A DNA stretch of 64,000 nt from Candidatus Saccharimonadia bacterium (GTDB lineage Bacteria > Patescibacteriota > Saccharimonadia > UBA4664): positions 3,298 to 67,297 of the forward strand of contig JBBRSS010000003.1 of the NCBI GenBank assembly GCA_038245115.1. Reading direction: 5' to 3'. Below are positions 44,902-54,874 of this stretch, in pieces. The stretch's first letter is position 1; each line of letters starts with the position of its first letter. Under the pieces are notes generated by a model, which saw only the letters and a list, made by a program, of their open reading frames with translations, ran no database searches and had not been told where the DNA came from. The position numbers and the translations under genes were made by a program.

Positions 44902-47433
44902 ATGGCCGATTTTAGTTCACAATTCGACCGGTTCACCGAGAATGCCAAGCATAGTCTCGAGAACGCTGAAGCTATTGCGACGCAAATGGGCTCGAGTTAT
45001 GTCGGAACAGAGCACATTTTGCTCGGAGTGTTGCAGCAAGAAACATCAATTGGGGCCAAAATTCTCAAAAATATTGGTGTAACTTTCGAGAAAGCCCAGC
45101 TGGTACTTAGCTTTTCGCAACAGATGGCGGGTGGCGGCTACAAGGGCGCATCCGAAACCGCTAAGCGCACACTCACTTATAGTCTTCGAGTAGCTAAGGA
45201 GTTCGGGCAGCCATATTGCGGTACCGAACACATTCTGTTCGCAATTTTAAGCGAGAAAAGCGCCCGGGCTATTAGTCTGCTCAAAAATGATCTTCAGATT
45301 GACCCCGCTCTCATCCGCGGTGAGCTCGAAAACTACCTGGGCAACCAACAATACTTCTACGCCGACGAAGAGCGTACCGGAACTCGTAATGGCAAAGCCG
45401 GCAACGGTGCCAAGTCCAAGACGCCGGCTCTCGATCACTTTGGTATCGATCTCACGGCCAAGGCAGATGAGAATAAGCTTGATCCCATGGTAGGCCGTGA
45501 ATCACAAATTAGCCGCGTAATAGCCATTCTTGGCCGCCGCAGCAAGAATAATCCCGTACTAATTGGTGAACCGGGCGTTGGCAAAACTGCCATTGCCGAA
45601 GGTCTTGCCCAGCGCATTGTGGCCGAAGAAGTGCCGGAAATGCTGCTGCGTAAACGCCTAGTAATGCTAGATCTGGCATCGGTCATCGCCGGCACCAAGT
45701 ACCGCGGTGAGTTCGAAGAGCGCCTCAAGAAGATTCTTGACGAGGCCAAGGCCAGCCCCGAGATCATCCTGTTTATCGATGAACTCCATACGGTAGTAGG
45801 GGCCGGGGCCGCCGAAGGTGCTATAGATGCAGCTAATATTCTTAAGCCCGCCTTGTCGCGTGGCGATATTCAGGTTATTGGGGCTACCACCCTCGACGAG
45901 TACCGCAAGCACATTGAAAAAGATGCTGCACTCGAACGACGTTTCCAGCCGGTGCAGGTGCCCGAAACAACGCCCGAAGAAACTATCGAAGTGCTCAAGG
46001 GTTTACGGCCGCGCTACGAGGAGCACCACCACGTTGAGATTACCGATGAGGCTATTGAAGCCGCCGGTAAACTCGCCAAACGTTATGTCGCTGACCGTTT
46101 CTTGCCCGATAAAGCCATCGACCTCATCGACGAGGCCGCCAGCCTCGCCCGCATTAAGCGCGGCGGTTCCAGTAAGGCGCTTCGTAATCTGCAAAAACAA
46201 GTTACCGAAATCCGCGATGACATCGAAAATGCTGTGTTTGACCAAGACTTCGAGTTGGCCGCCCGCCTCAAGACCCGCGAAAGTGTCATCCAGAATCGTT
46301 TGGCCTCGCTCAAGCTCAAGGAAGGCGCCGCCGATTCCGCCGTGCGCATTTACGCCGAAGATATCGCTCAGGTTGTGTCGCTCATGACTGGCATTCCCAT
46401 GACCCGACTTATAAAAACTGAGGTTGATAGCCTGCTCAAGCTCGAAGAATCTCTCGGGCGCCGGGTCGTTGGTCAAACTGAGGCAATTGAGGCCATCGGC
46501 CGTAGTATTCGCCGCTCGCGCACCGGCATCAGCGACGGCCGTCGTCCCATCGGGTCATTTATGTTCCTCGGACCCACGGGTGTCGGTAAAACTGAGCTGG
46601 CTCGCATGCTGTCGGAAGAGCTGTTCCATGATCGCGATGCGATGATCAAAATCGATATGTCCGAGTTTATGGAGCGCCACAATGTCTCGCGCCTGGTCGG
46701 TGCTCCCGCCGGTTATGTTGGCTACGAGGAGGGTGGTCAGCTCACCGAGCAAGTCCGCCGTAAGCCCTACTCGTTGATCCTCTTTGATGAAATCGAAAAG
46801 GCCCATCCGGATGTCTTCAACCTCCTCCTCCAGGTTCTCGAAGACGGTTACGTGGCCGATGCCAAGGGCCGCCGCGTTGATTTTCGCAATACGGTGATCA
46901 TAATGACTTCCAACATCGGCGCTTCGGATATGCACAAAGAAGTCGAGCTGGGCTTTCACACTGAGACCCCCGGCCAAGAGAAGCAGCTCGAAGCCGCCCA
47001 CGCCAAGATCAAGATCAAAGTCCTCGAAGATCTGAAAAGGCAGTTCCGCCCCGAGTTCCTGAATCGCATCGATGCCACCTTGGTGTTCAAAACCCTTAGC
47101 CAAAACGATATCAAGAAGATCCTGGCTATTCAGTTGGCCGATCTCCAGAAGCGTCTCGATGACCAAGAGATTAAGCTGCGAGTTACGCCGTCGGCGCGAG
47201 CCTTGCTCATGGAGCGCGGCTACGATATGAAGCAGGGCGCCAGGCCGATGCGCCGGGCCATTCAGGACCTGCTCGAAGACCCGCTGGCTACAGGCATGCT
47301 GGAGAACCGGTTTAAAGCCGGGGATAGCATCACCGCTACCAGGCGCAACGACCAGATTCATCTTTCGACTGCCCACCATACTAAGTTTGAGGCTGATCTG
47401 GGTGAGCTAGAGGCCCCCACTCCTGCCGAGTAA
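44902..47433 (+). CDS. clpC: ATP-dependent Clp protease ATP-binding subunit ClpC (class I Clp/Hsp100)
   Basis: Two Clp_N repeats, two AAA+ modules ([16 protein letters not shown] Walker A), ClpB/D2-small domain; 843 aa. Confidence 0.9.
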   Translation: MADFSSQFDRFTENAKHSLENAEAIATQMGSSYVGTEHILLGVLQQETSIGAKILKNIGVTFEKAQLVLSFSQQMAGGGYKGASETAKRTLTYSLRVAKEFGQPYCGTEHILFAILSEKSARAISLLKNDLQIDPALIRGELENYLGNQQYFYADEERTGTRNGKAGNGAKSKTPALDHFGIDLTAKADENKLDPMVGRESQISRVIAILGRRSKNNPVLIGEPGVGKTAIAEGLAQRIVAEEVPEMLLRKRLVMLDLASVIAGTKYRGEFEERLKKILDEAKASPEIILFIDELHTVVGAGAAEGAIDAANILKPALSRGDIQVIGATTLDEYRKHIEKDAALERRFQPVQVPETTPEETIEVLKGLRPRYEEHHHVEITDEAIEAAGKLAKRYVADRFLPDKAIDLIDEAASLARIKRGGSSKALRNLQKQVTEIRDDIENAVFDQDFELAARLKTRESVIQNRLASLKLKEGAADSAVRIYAEDIAQVVSLMTGIPMTRLIKTEVDSLLKLEESLGRRVVGQTEAIEAIGRSIRRSRTGISDGRRPIGSFMFLGPTGVGKTELARMLSEELFHDRDAMIKIDMSEFMERHNVSRLVGAPAGYVGYEEGGQLTEQVRRKPYSLILFDEIEKAHPDVFNLLLQVLEDGYVADAKGRRVDFRNTVIIMTSNIGASDMHKEVELGFHTETPGQEKQLEAAHAKIKIKVLEDLKRQFRPEFLNRIDATLVFKTLSQNDIKKILAIQLADLQKRLDDQEIKLRVTPSARALLMERGYDMKQGARPMRRAIQDLLEDPLATGMLENRFKAGDSITATRRNDQIHLSTAHHTKFEADLGELEAPTPAE

Positions 47434-47477
47434 GGCCGTATTCGCTTTTTGTTCGGTCTATGGTAAACTAACTTCAT

Positions 47478-48824
47478 ATGGCTAAAGTTTCAACTAAATT
47501 TGTTTGCCAAACCTGCGCCTCAAGCTATAGCCGTTGGATGGGTAAATGCGAGCAATGCGGCGCCTGGAATTCTTTGGTGGAGGAAGCCGCCCCGGTGTCC
47601 TCGGGCGGCTTCGGTAAGTCCAAGCCCGCTACCGCTCTCAAGCCCACAACGCTTTCCGCTGTGGCGGTTGAGCGCCTCCCCAGGGTGCCGAGTGGCATAC
47701 CCGAGGTCGATCAAGTCCTCGGCGGTGGTATCGTTCCCGGCTCGGTCATTCTGCTGTCCGGCGACCCCGGTATCGGCAAGAGCACGTTAGTCCTACAGAT
47801 TGCCGCCGCCCTCGCCCTCGGGGAGCGAGTTTTGTATGTCAGCGGCGAAGAGAGCACGGCCCAGATTCGTTTGCGTGCCGAGCGTCTCGGTCTCGCGGGC
47901 AGCGGGCTCGAATTGCTCGCCGATACCAATGTCGATGCCATTACTGCCACTATTGAGCACAACCCCTACCGACTGGTCATTATCGACTCAATTCAAACTA
48001 TGGCCGTCGAAGCTCTTACCGGTTCACCCGGAACTGTTGGTCAAATTACCGCCAGCGCCCAAGTGCTCCAGGCGGTGGCCAAGCGCCGCGGCCCTGCTAT
48101 TCTCATCATCGGTCATGTCACCAAGGAGGGCAATATTGCCGGGCCCAAAATCCTTGAGCATCTGGTTGATGTAGTACTCTATCTCGAAGGCGAACGTTAT
48201 GGAGCCTTCAAGGCCCTGCGCGGCATTAAAAACCGTTTTGGCTCTACCAGCGAAGTCGGCATCTTCGAAATGGGCGAACATGGCCTGGTGCCCGTGGCAA
48301 ATCCGTCTGAGGCTTTGCTGGCCGAACGCCGCCCCGGGCCTGGCTCGGTGGTGTTGGCAACCATGGAGGGCACGCGCCCGCTCCTGGTTGAAGTTCAAGC
48401 TTTGGTGTCGCCGACTTCGTTTGGCTACCCCAAGCGAACAGCTGTTGGTTTTGACCTGAACCGACTTAATCTTTTAGTAGCCGTACTCTCAAAACGCGCC
48501 GGCCTCAATTTGAGTTCGTCTGATATTTATGTTAATGTAGTTGGCGGGTTGCGGGTCACTGAGCCGGCCGCCGATTTAGCCATTATTTTATCTGTTGCTT
48601 CGGCATTCTCAGACACGCAAATACCGAACGGACTCGTCACTTTTGGCGAAGTTGGCCTCAGTGGTGAGGTTAGGTCTGTCAGTCAGGCTGGCCGACGGGT
48701 CGCTGAGGCGACTAAGCTCGGATACAGGTTAGCCATTGGTCCAAAGTATGGGGCCGTAACCGGCATGAAGGGCGTTTCCGATGTAGCGGCTGCAGTGAAG
48801 CTGCTCTCAACAGCACATCAATAA
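47478..48824 (+). CDS. radA: DNA repair protein RadA/Sms
   Basis: C4 zinc finger CQTCASSYSRWMGKCEQCGAW, RecA-like Walker A GDPGIGKST, KNRFG motif, Lon-like C-domain. Confidence 0.95.
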   Translation: MAKVSTKFVCQTCASSYSRWMGKCEQCGAWNSLVEEAAPVSSGGFGKSKPATALKPTTLSAVAVERLPRVPSGIPEVDQVLGGGIVPGSVILLSGDPGIGKSTLVLQIAAALALGERVLYVSGEESTAQIRLRAERLGLAGSGLELLADTNVDAITATIEHNPYRLVIIDSIQTMAVEALTGSPGTVGQITASAQVLQAVAKRRGPAILIIGHVTKEGNIAGPKILEHLVDVVLYLEGERYGAFKALRGIKNRFGSTSEVGIFEMGEHGLVPVANPSEALLAERRPGPGSVVLATMEGTRPLLVEVQALVSPTSFGYPKRTAVGFDLNRLNLLVAVLSKRAGLNLSSSDIYVNVVGGLRVTEPAADLAIILSVASAFSDTQIPNGLVTFGEVGLSGEVRSVSQAGRRVAEATKLGYRLAIGPKYGAVTGMKGVSDVAAAVKLLSTAHQ

Positions 48825-48845
48825 ATCACAAGGACTTATTTTTTT

Positions 48846-50162
48846 ATGACCGATACTATCTCATTATCGTTGGCTATCGTCGGCGTTCTAATATTCTTTC
48901 TCGGGGTGCTCCGCTTGCGCCACGTTTCTATTCAGGGCTTAGTCTTTGGATTAACTGGCGCCATCATTGGTCTATTACTTGGCGCCTTGGCAAGCGTGCC
49001 CTTGAGCAAGCTACCGGCACCTTTCGGCAATATTATGCCTCTAGGTGTGACCGTAATTCTGACATTCGTGATGATGGGGGTGATGAATGCCCGACAGGCG
49101 GCACTACTGGCAATGATGCCCTTCCTCGACGTCAAAAGGGCTGACCCCTCCGCTCAGTCCGCCGAAGCTACGGCCGCCGCCGTTAGTACCTCACAGATGC
49201 CGCAGATCCTCGTTGATACGTCGGTTATTATCGACGGCCGAATTGCCGATATTGCTACCGCAGGGTTTGTGCCAGGCCGCCTGTCTGTGCCTCGTTTCGT
49301 GCTGGCCGAGCTGCAAAACATCGCCGATTCGGACGATGCTATGCGCCGCGGCCGTGGCCGCCGTGGCCTCGACGTTCTCAATACTCTGCGCGAACTTCCG
49401 GATGTTGAAATTACCATAATTGAGGATGACGCCCCCACGGTAAAAGAAGTTGACGCTAAGTTGGTCGCCCTGGCCCAGCGTTTCGGATGTAACGTCCTCA
49501 CGACCGACTACAACCTCAACCGTGTCGCCCAAATCCAGGGTGTGCGCGTACTCAATGTTAATGAATTATCAAATGCTATTCGCCCGGTAGTATTGCCCGG
49601 CGAGGAGCTATTAGTGCGGGTCGTTCAGCCCGGTAAGGAGCGTAATCAAGGGGTTGGCTATCTCGCCGACGGCACGATGATCGTGGTAGATAATGGCGAT
49701 AAATTACTGGGCCAAGAAGTGCTTACCGAGGTCACTCGGGTGTTTCAGACTGTTGCCGGCAAGATGATCTTCGCTGTTCCGCGTCAAAGTCTCGGAAATT
49801 CTGGCAACCGTTCGGACGGCCCCAAAAAGGGCCCGCAGGCGTCTGCTCCAGATAGAACCTCACCAGACAAGAACACACCCGACAAGACTCCTGATGCTCC
49901 GGCTTCCGCTCAACCCACGAATGGACCCGCTACCGATCTAGCCTCCAAGCCCGCCGGTGAACCCGGTTCGTCCCGCCGATTTGGCCGCGGCCGAGGCGGC
50001 AAACGCTCCCAGCATCACTCTGAGACTAGCGGATCCGGATCTGATCAGCGCCAGTCACCCAGCGGCGCTATCGAGGAGCGCATGGTGGTTGCTAATAACC
50101 ACACCGCCTCCGGCCACCCTCACCCCCGCGCCGATAAGCCCGTTGATCCCCGCTCAAACTAA
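48846..50162 (+). CDS. PIN/TRAM-domain membrane protein (YacL-like) with long disordered C-terminal tail
   Basis: N-terminal TM helices, PIN domain (ILVDTSVIIDGRI...), TRAM domain, then a ~130-aa Pro/Ser/Gly-rich tail; follows radA as in Firmicutes. Confidence 0.7.
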   Translation: MTDTISLSLAIVGVLIFFLGVLRLRHVSIQGLVFGLTGAIIGLLLGALASVPLSKLPAPFGNIMPLGVTVILTFVMMGVMNARQAALLAMMPFLDVKRADPSAQSAEATAAAVSTSQMPQILVDTSVIIDGRIADIATAGFVPGRLSVPRFVLAELQNIADSDDAMRRGRGRRGLDVLNTLRELPDVEITIIEDDAPTVKEVDAKLVALAQRFGCNVLTTDYNLNRVAQIQGVRVLNVNELSNAIRPVVLPGEELLVRVVQPGKERNQGVGYLADGTMIVVDNGDKLLGQEVLTEVTRVFQTVAGKMIFAVPRQSLGNSGNRSDGPKKGPQASAPDRTSPDKNTPDKTPDAPASAQPTNGPATDLASKPAGEPGSSRRFGRGRGGKRSQHHSETSGSGSDQRQSPSGAIEERMVVANNHTASGHPHPRADKPVDPRSN

Positions 50163-50206
50163 GTCTCGTCCGAACGGCCAACCGTAAGTCTGTCGTTATC
50201 CGTGTG

Positions 50207-53146
50207 CTATTTAGTAAAGCTCAGGTGGGTAGTCTCGCCGCCAATATCAGATCGAATGTACCAAATGTGATCGCCGGTACTTATTCCGCTGACTGACTTT
50301 GCAATACCGCTGGTTGTCGCCTTCAAGATGTCGTCAACGTACAGGCTGTAGCTGCCTGCTCCCGGGTCGACAGACCAAGCAAAATTGATTGGCCCCGAGC
50401 CCACTACGGCACCATCGGCCGGGAACACACCCTTAAAGCTCGACGCGCTCCCGCCGATATTTGTTACTGTTACCGCCTGATCGTCGCTCCCCTGGTATAG
50501 CCCGGCGTCGGTCACCACGGCCTTAAACGTATGGCTGCCGGTAGTTGTTGGCGAGTAGGACACTGGGTATGAGCCCGAGCCGTCAATCACCTGAGTCGAA
50601 ATAATCTGATCGTCAAAGTAAACCTCAAGCTTGTTGGACGTAAAGGTGCCCGATGTCACTTTGACGTTAAAGCTGTACGGCCCGCCGCCTGTAGCCCCCG
50701 CAATTGCCACTACCGGCTTCACGTCATCGCAATGATGCACATTATCAGTTCCACTCGGCAAGTCGCCGCCGCTGGTCGAGTATCCTGCCCGCTGCAACGC
50801 CACCAGCCAGTTCTGGAATTGGCTGGGGTTCTCGGTCTTGGTAATCTCGGGCAATATAGCACTTGAGTACACCGTGTTTTTTGCCAGCTCCGGTGTACAT
50901 TCAGTTGCCAGCAGACCTGATACCTTGTCAACTTGAGCGCTCTTACCACCAAACGAGCCCATTGGCGTGTACCAGCTGGGGAAGATGTCGACAGTGGAGT
51001 TCTTCGTGCCAGCCGATACGCTGCGCCCCGTGGTTTTATCTAGAGTTATAGTTTTTATGGTCGACGGTTTAGCGAATGCATCATTCGGTGTGCCGTTTTG
51101 TACCGCATTCATAAACGTTCTCCAGATAGGCGCAGCAATGTTGGCGGCCGCACCGCTCATGGGGCTGTTGTCATTATTTCCTACCCACACTCCGCCAACA
51201 ACATCGGGGGTAAATCCCATAGTCCAGGCGTCGTTAAAATGCTCCGTAGTGCCGGTCTTTACACCCGCATGCACACATCCGGTGGCTCTGTTGTTTGAGC
51301 AAACATTTCGCAGTGATAGTGAGTCACCAAAGACATATTGCTTGGCACTGGTATCGCTCAGAACATCCGCCATCAGTCCGGCCACCTCTGAGCTCAGTGC
51401 TTGCTTGGGCTTCTTGGGCTTAGTATTATCTTCGAGAATATTGCCTTTTTGGTCTTTCAGCAGCAAAATTGGCGTCTGCTCGTAGTGGAGTCCACCGTTG
51501 GCGAACGACTCATAGGCATTGGCCATCTCGTTAAGTTGGACCCCGCCGGTACCCAATACCAGCGACAGGCCATATTCGCTCGCCGGCTTGTTAAGCGTAC
51601 TAATACCTAGAGCTTGGGCCGTCTGGAGCGAGCTTGAAATGCCTGCCATCGCCAGCGCCTTCACCGCGGGTACGTTAAGTGATCCCGCCAAGGCCTGTCT
51701 CACGGTGATGATGCCGTAGTTCTTGTTGCCAAAGTTTTGCGGTTTGTAAGGAGTGGCATCGGTGCCAAAATTGGTCGGCACATCATATATCGTGGTGCCG
51801 GGTCCATAGGTTGGACAATCGCGGGTTTTTGCACACGCGGCGTCCTTATTTTTTCCGAAGAGGGTCGAGTACACGATTGGTTTAAAGCTCGAACCTGGCT
51901 GACGCTGGGCTGTCGCCACATTTACCTGGCCTCCTACCGGATCGTTAAAGTTTTGCGAGCCGATCATTGCCAAGATGTGACCCGATTTTGGATCCGTTGA
52001 GACCAGGGCGGCATTAGACCCGCCGAGCGACCGGACATTCTTCATATTGTTCTGGATAGCATCATAGGCGGCAATCTGCTTGTCGTAATCCAGCGTAGTA
52101 CGAACATTCAAGCCGCCTTCCGTAACGGTTGAGGTGCCATACTTACTTTCCAGATAGTCCTGAGCGTAGAGCACGAAGTGCGCTAGTCGGGGGTCGAGGT
52201 TAGCGTAAAGGTTCTGAATCTGCGAAATTTTAGCAGCGTCCGAGAGGTCGGCCACCTTCCATTTGGCGGCATCTGCTTCGGCCTGAGTCACGTATTTCTG
52301 CTCCGCCATCAGGTCGAGTACAATGTGCTGCCGGTCAATTAGCTGTGGCTGGTGAGCCCCAAACGGCGAAAAGTACGACGGCGCGTTTAGAATGGACGCC
52401 AACAGTGCCGACTGGCTGAGAGTCAGGTTCTTGGCACAGTGTTGGTCGCGGTCAGCTTTGTCGATGTCCTGCGGGAAGAACGTCTTGCAGGCGCTCTCTA
52501 TCCCGTAGGCCCGGTTGCCGTATGGTATTTCATTTAAATATAGCGTGAGAATATCGTTTTTGGAGTAGAACTGACCAATTTCAATCGACAAGATTAATTC
52601 TTTAATCTTGCGCGATATGCTTCGATCGGTGGGATCCAACAATGCGTTCTTCACGTATTGTTGGGTAATAGTGGAGCCGCCTTGGCGCCTTCCTTTGGTC
52701 AAGTCCACGAAGGCCGCGCGCAAGTAGCCCACGAAACTAAACGATCCGTGCCGATAGAAATCTTTGTCCTCAATGGCAATGGTGGCCTGCTTGGCCACGG
52801 CCGGGATCTGGTCAAACGCCACAATACTGCGATTTTGATCCCCGTAGAGCTCGTAGATCAGCTTATTGCCCGTTGAGTCATAAAACTTGGTTGTTTGCGC
52901 GGTTACGCGGGCGTTAATTTTTCCCGGCGTCGGCAGATCTTTGGCGAACCACAAAAAGACCAAAAATACGAACAACAAACCTGCACCAGCCAGCTTGGCA
53001 ACCCGTTTGGCGCCGTCTCGGCTCAGCCAGTAGGAGCGGAAGTTCCGCGGCGAGAAAGACATTAAAAAACGTTTGAAACTGCCCTTAGTACGCGAGCTAA
53101 AATCTTGCGAAGGCCGGGCAGGCTTACGGACATGTCGTTTGGGCAT
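50207..53146 (-). CDS. Class A penicillin-binding protein (PBP1A; transglycosylase plus transpeptidase) with ~230-aa C-terminal extension
   Basis: GT51 motifs (IAIEDKDFYRHGSF, GGSTITQQYVKN), transpeptidase SxxK/SxN/KTG, N-terminal cytoplasmic tail plus TM; extra beta-rich C-terminal domain. Confidence 0.9.
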   Translation of the reverse strand: MPKRHVRKPARPSQDFSSRTKGSFKRFLMSFSPRNFRSYWLSRDGAKRVAKLAGAGLLFVFLVFLWFAKDLPTPGKINARVTAQTTKFYDSTGNKLIYELYGDQNRSIVAFDQIPAVAKQATIAIEDKDFYRHGSFSFVGYLRAAFVDLTKGRRQGGSTITQQYVKNALLDPTDRSISRKIKELILSIEIGQFYSKNDILTLYLNEIPYGNRAYGIESACKTFFPQDIDKADRDQHCAKNLTLSQSALLASILNAPSYFSPFGAHQPQLIDRQHIVLDLMAEQKYVTQAEADAAKWKVADLSDAAKISQIQNLYANLDPRLAHFVLYAQDYLESKYGTSTVTEGGLNVRTTLDYDKQIAAYDAIQNNMKNVRSLGGSNAALVSTDPKSGHILAMIGSQNFNDPVGGQVNVATAQRQPGSSFKPIVYSTLFGKNKDAACAKTRDCPTYGPGTTIYDVPTNFGTDATPYKPQNFGNKNYGIITVRQALAGSLNVPAVKALAMAGISSSLQTAQALGISTLNKPASEYGLSLVLGTGGVQLNEMANAYESFANGGLHYEQTPILLLKDQKGNILEDNTKPKKPKQALSSEVAGLMADVLSDTSAKQYVFGDSLSLRNVCSNNRATGCVHAGVKTGTTEHFNDAWTMGFTPDVVGGVWVGNNDNSPMSGAAANIAAPIWRTFMNAVQNGTPNDAFAKPSTIKTITLDKTTGRSVSAGTKNSTVDIFPSWYTPMGSFGGKSAQVDKVSGLLATECTPELAKNTVYSSAILPEITKTENPSQFQNWLVALQRAGYSTSGGDLPSGTDNVHHCDDVKPVVAIAGATGGGPYSFNVKVTSGTFTSNKLEVYFDDQIISTQVIDGSGSYPVSYSPTTTGSHTFKAVVTDAGLYQGSDDQAVTVTNIGGSASSFKGVFPADGAVVGSGPINFAWSVDPGAGSYSLYVDDILKATTSGIAKSVSGISTGDHIWYIRSDIGGETTHLSFTK

Positions 53147-53212
53147 AGTTGTTGGGCACCTATAGAATAATTACTTACGCATTATATCACTGCTTCGGAC
53201 TATAATGAGCTT

Positions 53213-53671
53213 ATGCTTTTAACGAACCATACCCTCACCGGCGTCCTTCTCGGACTGACAATCGACGATTATGCGGTTCTTGCTCCGGTGAGTGTAGCTT
53301 CACATCTGGTGCTGGATATGACGCCGCATTTTGGTCACCCCTCGATGAAGGATGGCTTTAGAGGTAAGCCCTTCATATTGTTGGGATCTTTCGACTTCGC
53401 TGTATCGTGCATCGTTACCGCCGCCACCTGCATCGCAATGCCTCAGCGCACCGGGCACATTTTGGTGGGTGTCATCGGCGCGGACTTGCCCGACTTAACC
53501 TACATCCCGATAGTCATTTTCGGGTATAAATCAATGTACAAGATCCCGGGTTACCGTGCCATGATTAGTTTTTTGGCGCGCATTCAGTGGTACGAGCACC
53601 CGCCCGGTCTCATTACCGAGTTCTTTTGGGCGGCCTTAATGCTTACATTGATATCCACCCGGCTCGGCTAG
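53213..53671 (+). CDS. Membrane protein, DUF457/YdjM-like putative metal-dependent hydrolase
   Basis: Start MLLTNHTLTGVLLGL... and conserved His residues resemble membrane-bound LexA-regulon hydrolases (weak). Confidence 0.35.
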   Translation: MLLTNHTLTGVLLGLTIDDYAVLAPVSVASHLVLDMTPHFGHPSMKDGFRGKPFILLGSFDFAVSCIVTAATCIAMPQRTGHILVGVIGADLPDLTYIPIVIFGYKSMYKIPGYRAMISFLARIQWYEHPPGLITEFFWAALMLTLISTRLG

Positions 53672-53701
53672 TCGCAAACTTCGTGATAAACTACCTCCCA
53701 T

Positions 53702-54874
53702 ATGGACGAATTACTTACTCGCGGTGTTGATCAGATAATAGGCCAGTTAGAACTGGAGCAGGCGCTGGCCAGCGGCCGGCATTTGCGCATTAAGTTTGGC
53801 GTTGACCCTACCCGACCCGACTTGCATATCGGCCATGCTGTCGCTTTGCGCAAACTCCGCCAGTTTCAGGATATGGGGCACACGGTTATCTTTTTGATCG
53901 GTGATTACACCACCAAAATTGGTGATCCGTCCGGTAAATCCAAAACCCGCCCCATGCTCACCGACGAAGAGATCGCGAATCACGTTACAACCTATCTCGA
54001 TCAGGTCGGCCTCATTTTGGACGTCAAAAAGGCCGAAATTCGGTATAACTCCGAGTGGCTCAGTAAATTAACTTTTGCCGACCTCATTAGCCTCGCCTCC
54101 AATGTCAGTGTTGCTCAAACCATCGAGCGCGAGGATTTCAAAAACCGGCTCGAATCTGGTCAAGAATTGGCCCTGCATGAAATTCTCTACCCGCTGATGC
54201 AGGCCTACGACTCCGTGGCCCTCGAGGCGGATCTGGAATTTGGCGGCAATGATCAGCTCTTCAATCTGATGGCCGGTCGCGCCCTGCAAAAGAAGCTCGG
54301 TCAAAAGCCGCAGATTGTCTTTACCTGTGAGCTGCTTGTCGGCCTCGACGGCGTTAAAAAAATGAGCAAGAGCCTCGACAATTACGTTGGCATTACCGAT
54401 ACTCCCCTCGATATGTATGGCAAAATTATGAGCCTGCCCGACAACATGATTGCTTCTTACTACCGACTTACTACCGAGATTGAGCTTGAAGTCATCGATG
54501 AACTCGTCAAAACTCTGGCCGGCGGCGCCAACCCGCGCGATTCCAAGGCCTCGCTGGCCCGCGAGACCGTCCGTATTTATCACGGCGACAAAGCTGCACT
54601 CAAAGCTGAAGCCGATTGGAATTCAACTTATCGCGATAAGCAGGGGCCGGTAGCCGAACAGATCGAGGAAATTAAGTTGAGCGGCAAAGACAATGTTCTC
54701 ATAGACTTTTTAGTGTCGGCCGAAATTATTTCGTCACGTACCGAAGTTCGTCGGCTCATAAGCTCAAATGGTATTAAGGTTGACGATCAACCCGTTACCG
54801 ATGAGAACCAAGCGTTAACAGGGGGAGAAATGATTCAGGTAGGGAAGCGCCGCTTCTTTAAGCTCAAAAAATGA
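53702..54874 (+). CDS. tyrS: Tyrosine--tRNA ligase
   Basis: Class I HIGH (DLHIGH) and KMSKS motifs plus a C-terminal S4 domain; 390 aa. Confidence 0.85.
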   Translation: MDELLTRGVDQIIGQLELEQALASGRHLRIKFGVDPTRPDLHIGHAVALRKLRQFQDMGHTVIFLIGDYTTKIGDPSGKSKTRPMLTDEEIANHVTTYLDQVGLILDVKKAEIRYNSEWLSKLTFADLISLASNVSVAQTIEREDFKNRLESGQELALHEILYPLMQAYDSVALEADLEFGGNDQLFNLMAGRALQKKLGQKPQIVFTCELLVGLDGVKKMSKSLDNYVGITDTPLDMYGKIMSLPDNMIASYYRLTTEIELEVIDELVKTLAGGANPRDSKASLARETVRIYHGDKAALKAEADWNSTYRDKQGPVAEQIEEIKLSGKDNVLIDFLVSAEIISSRTEVRRLISSNGIKVDDQPVTDENQALTGGEMIQVGKRRFFKLKK

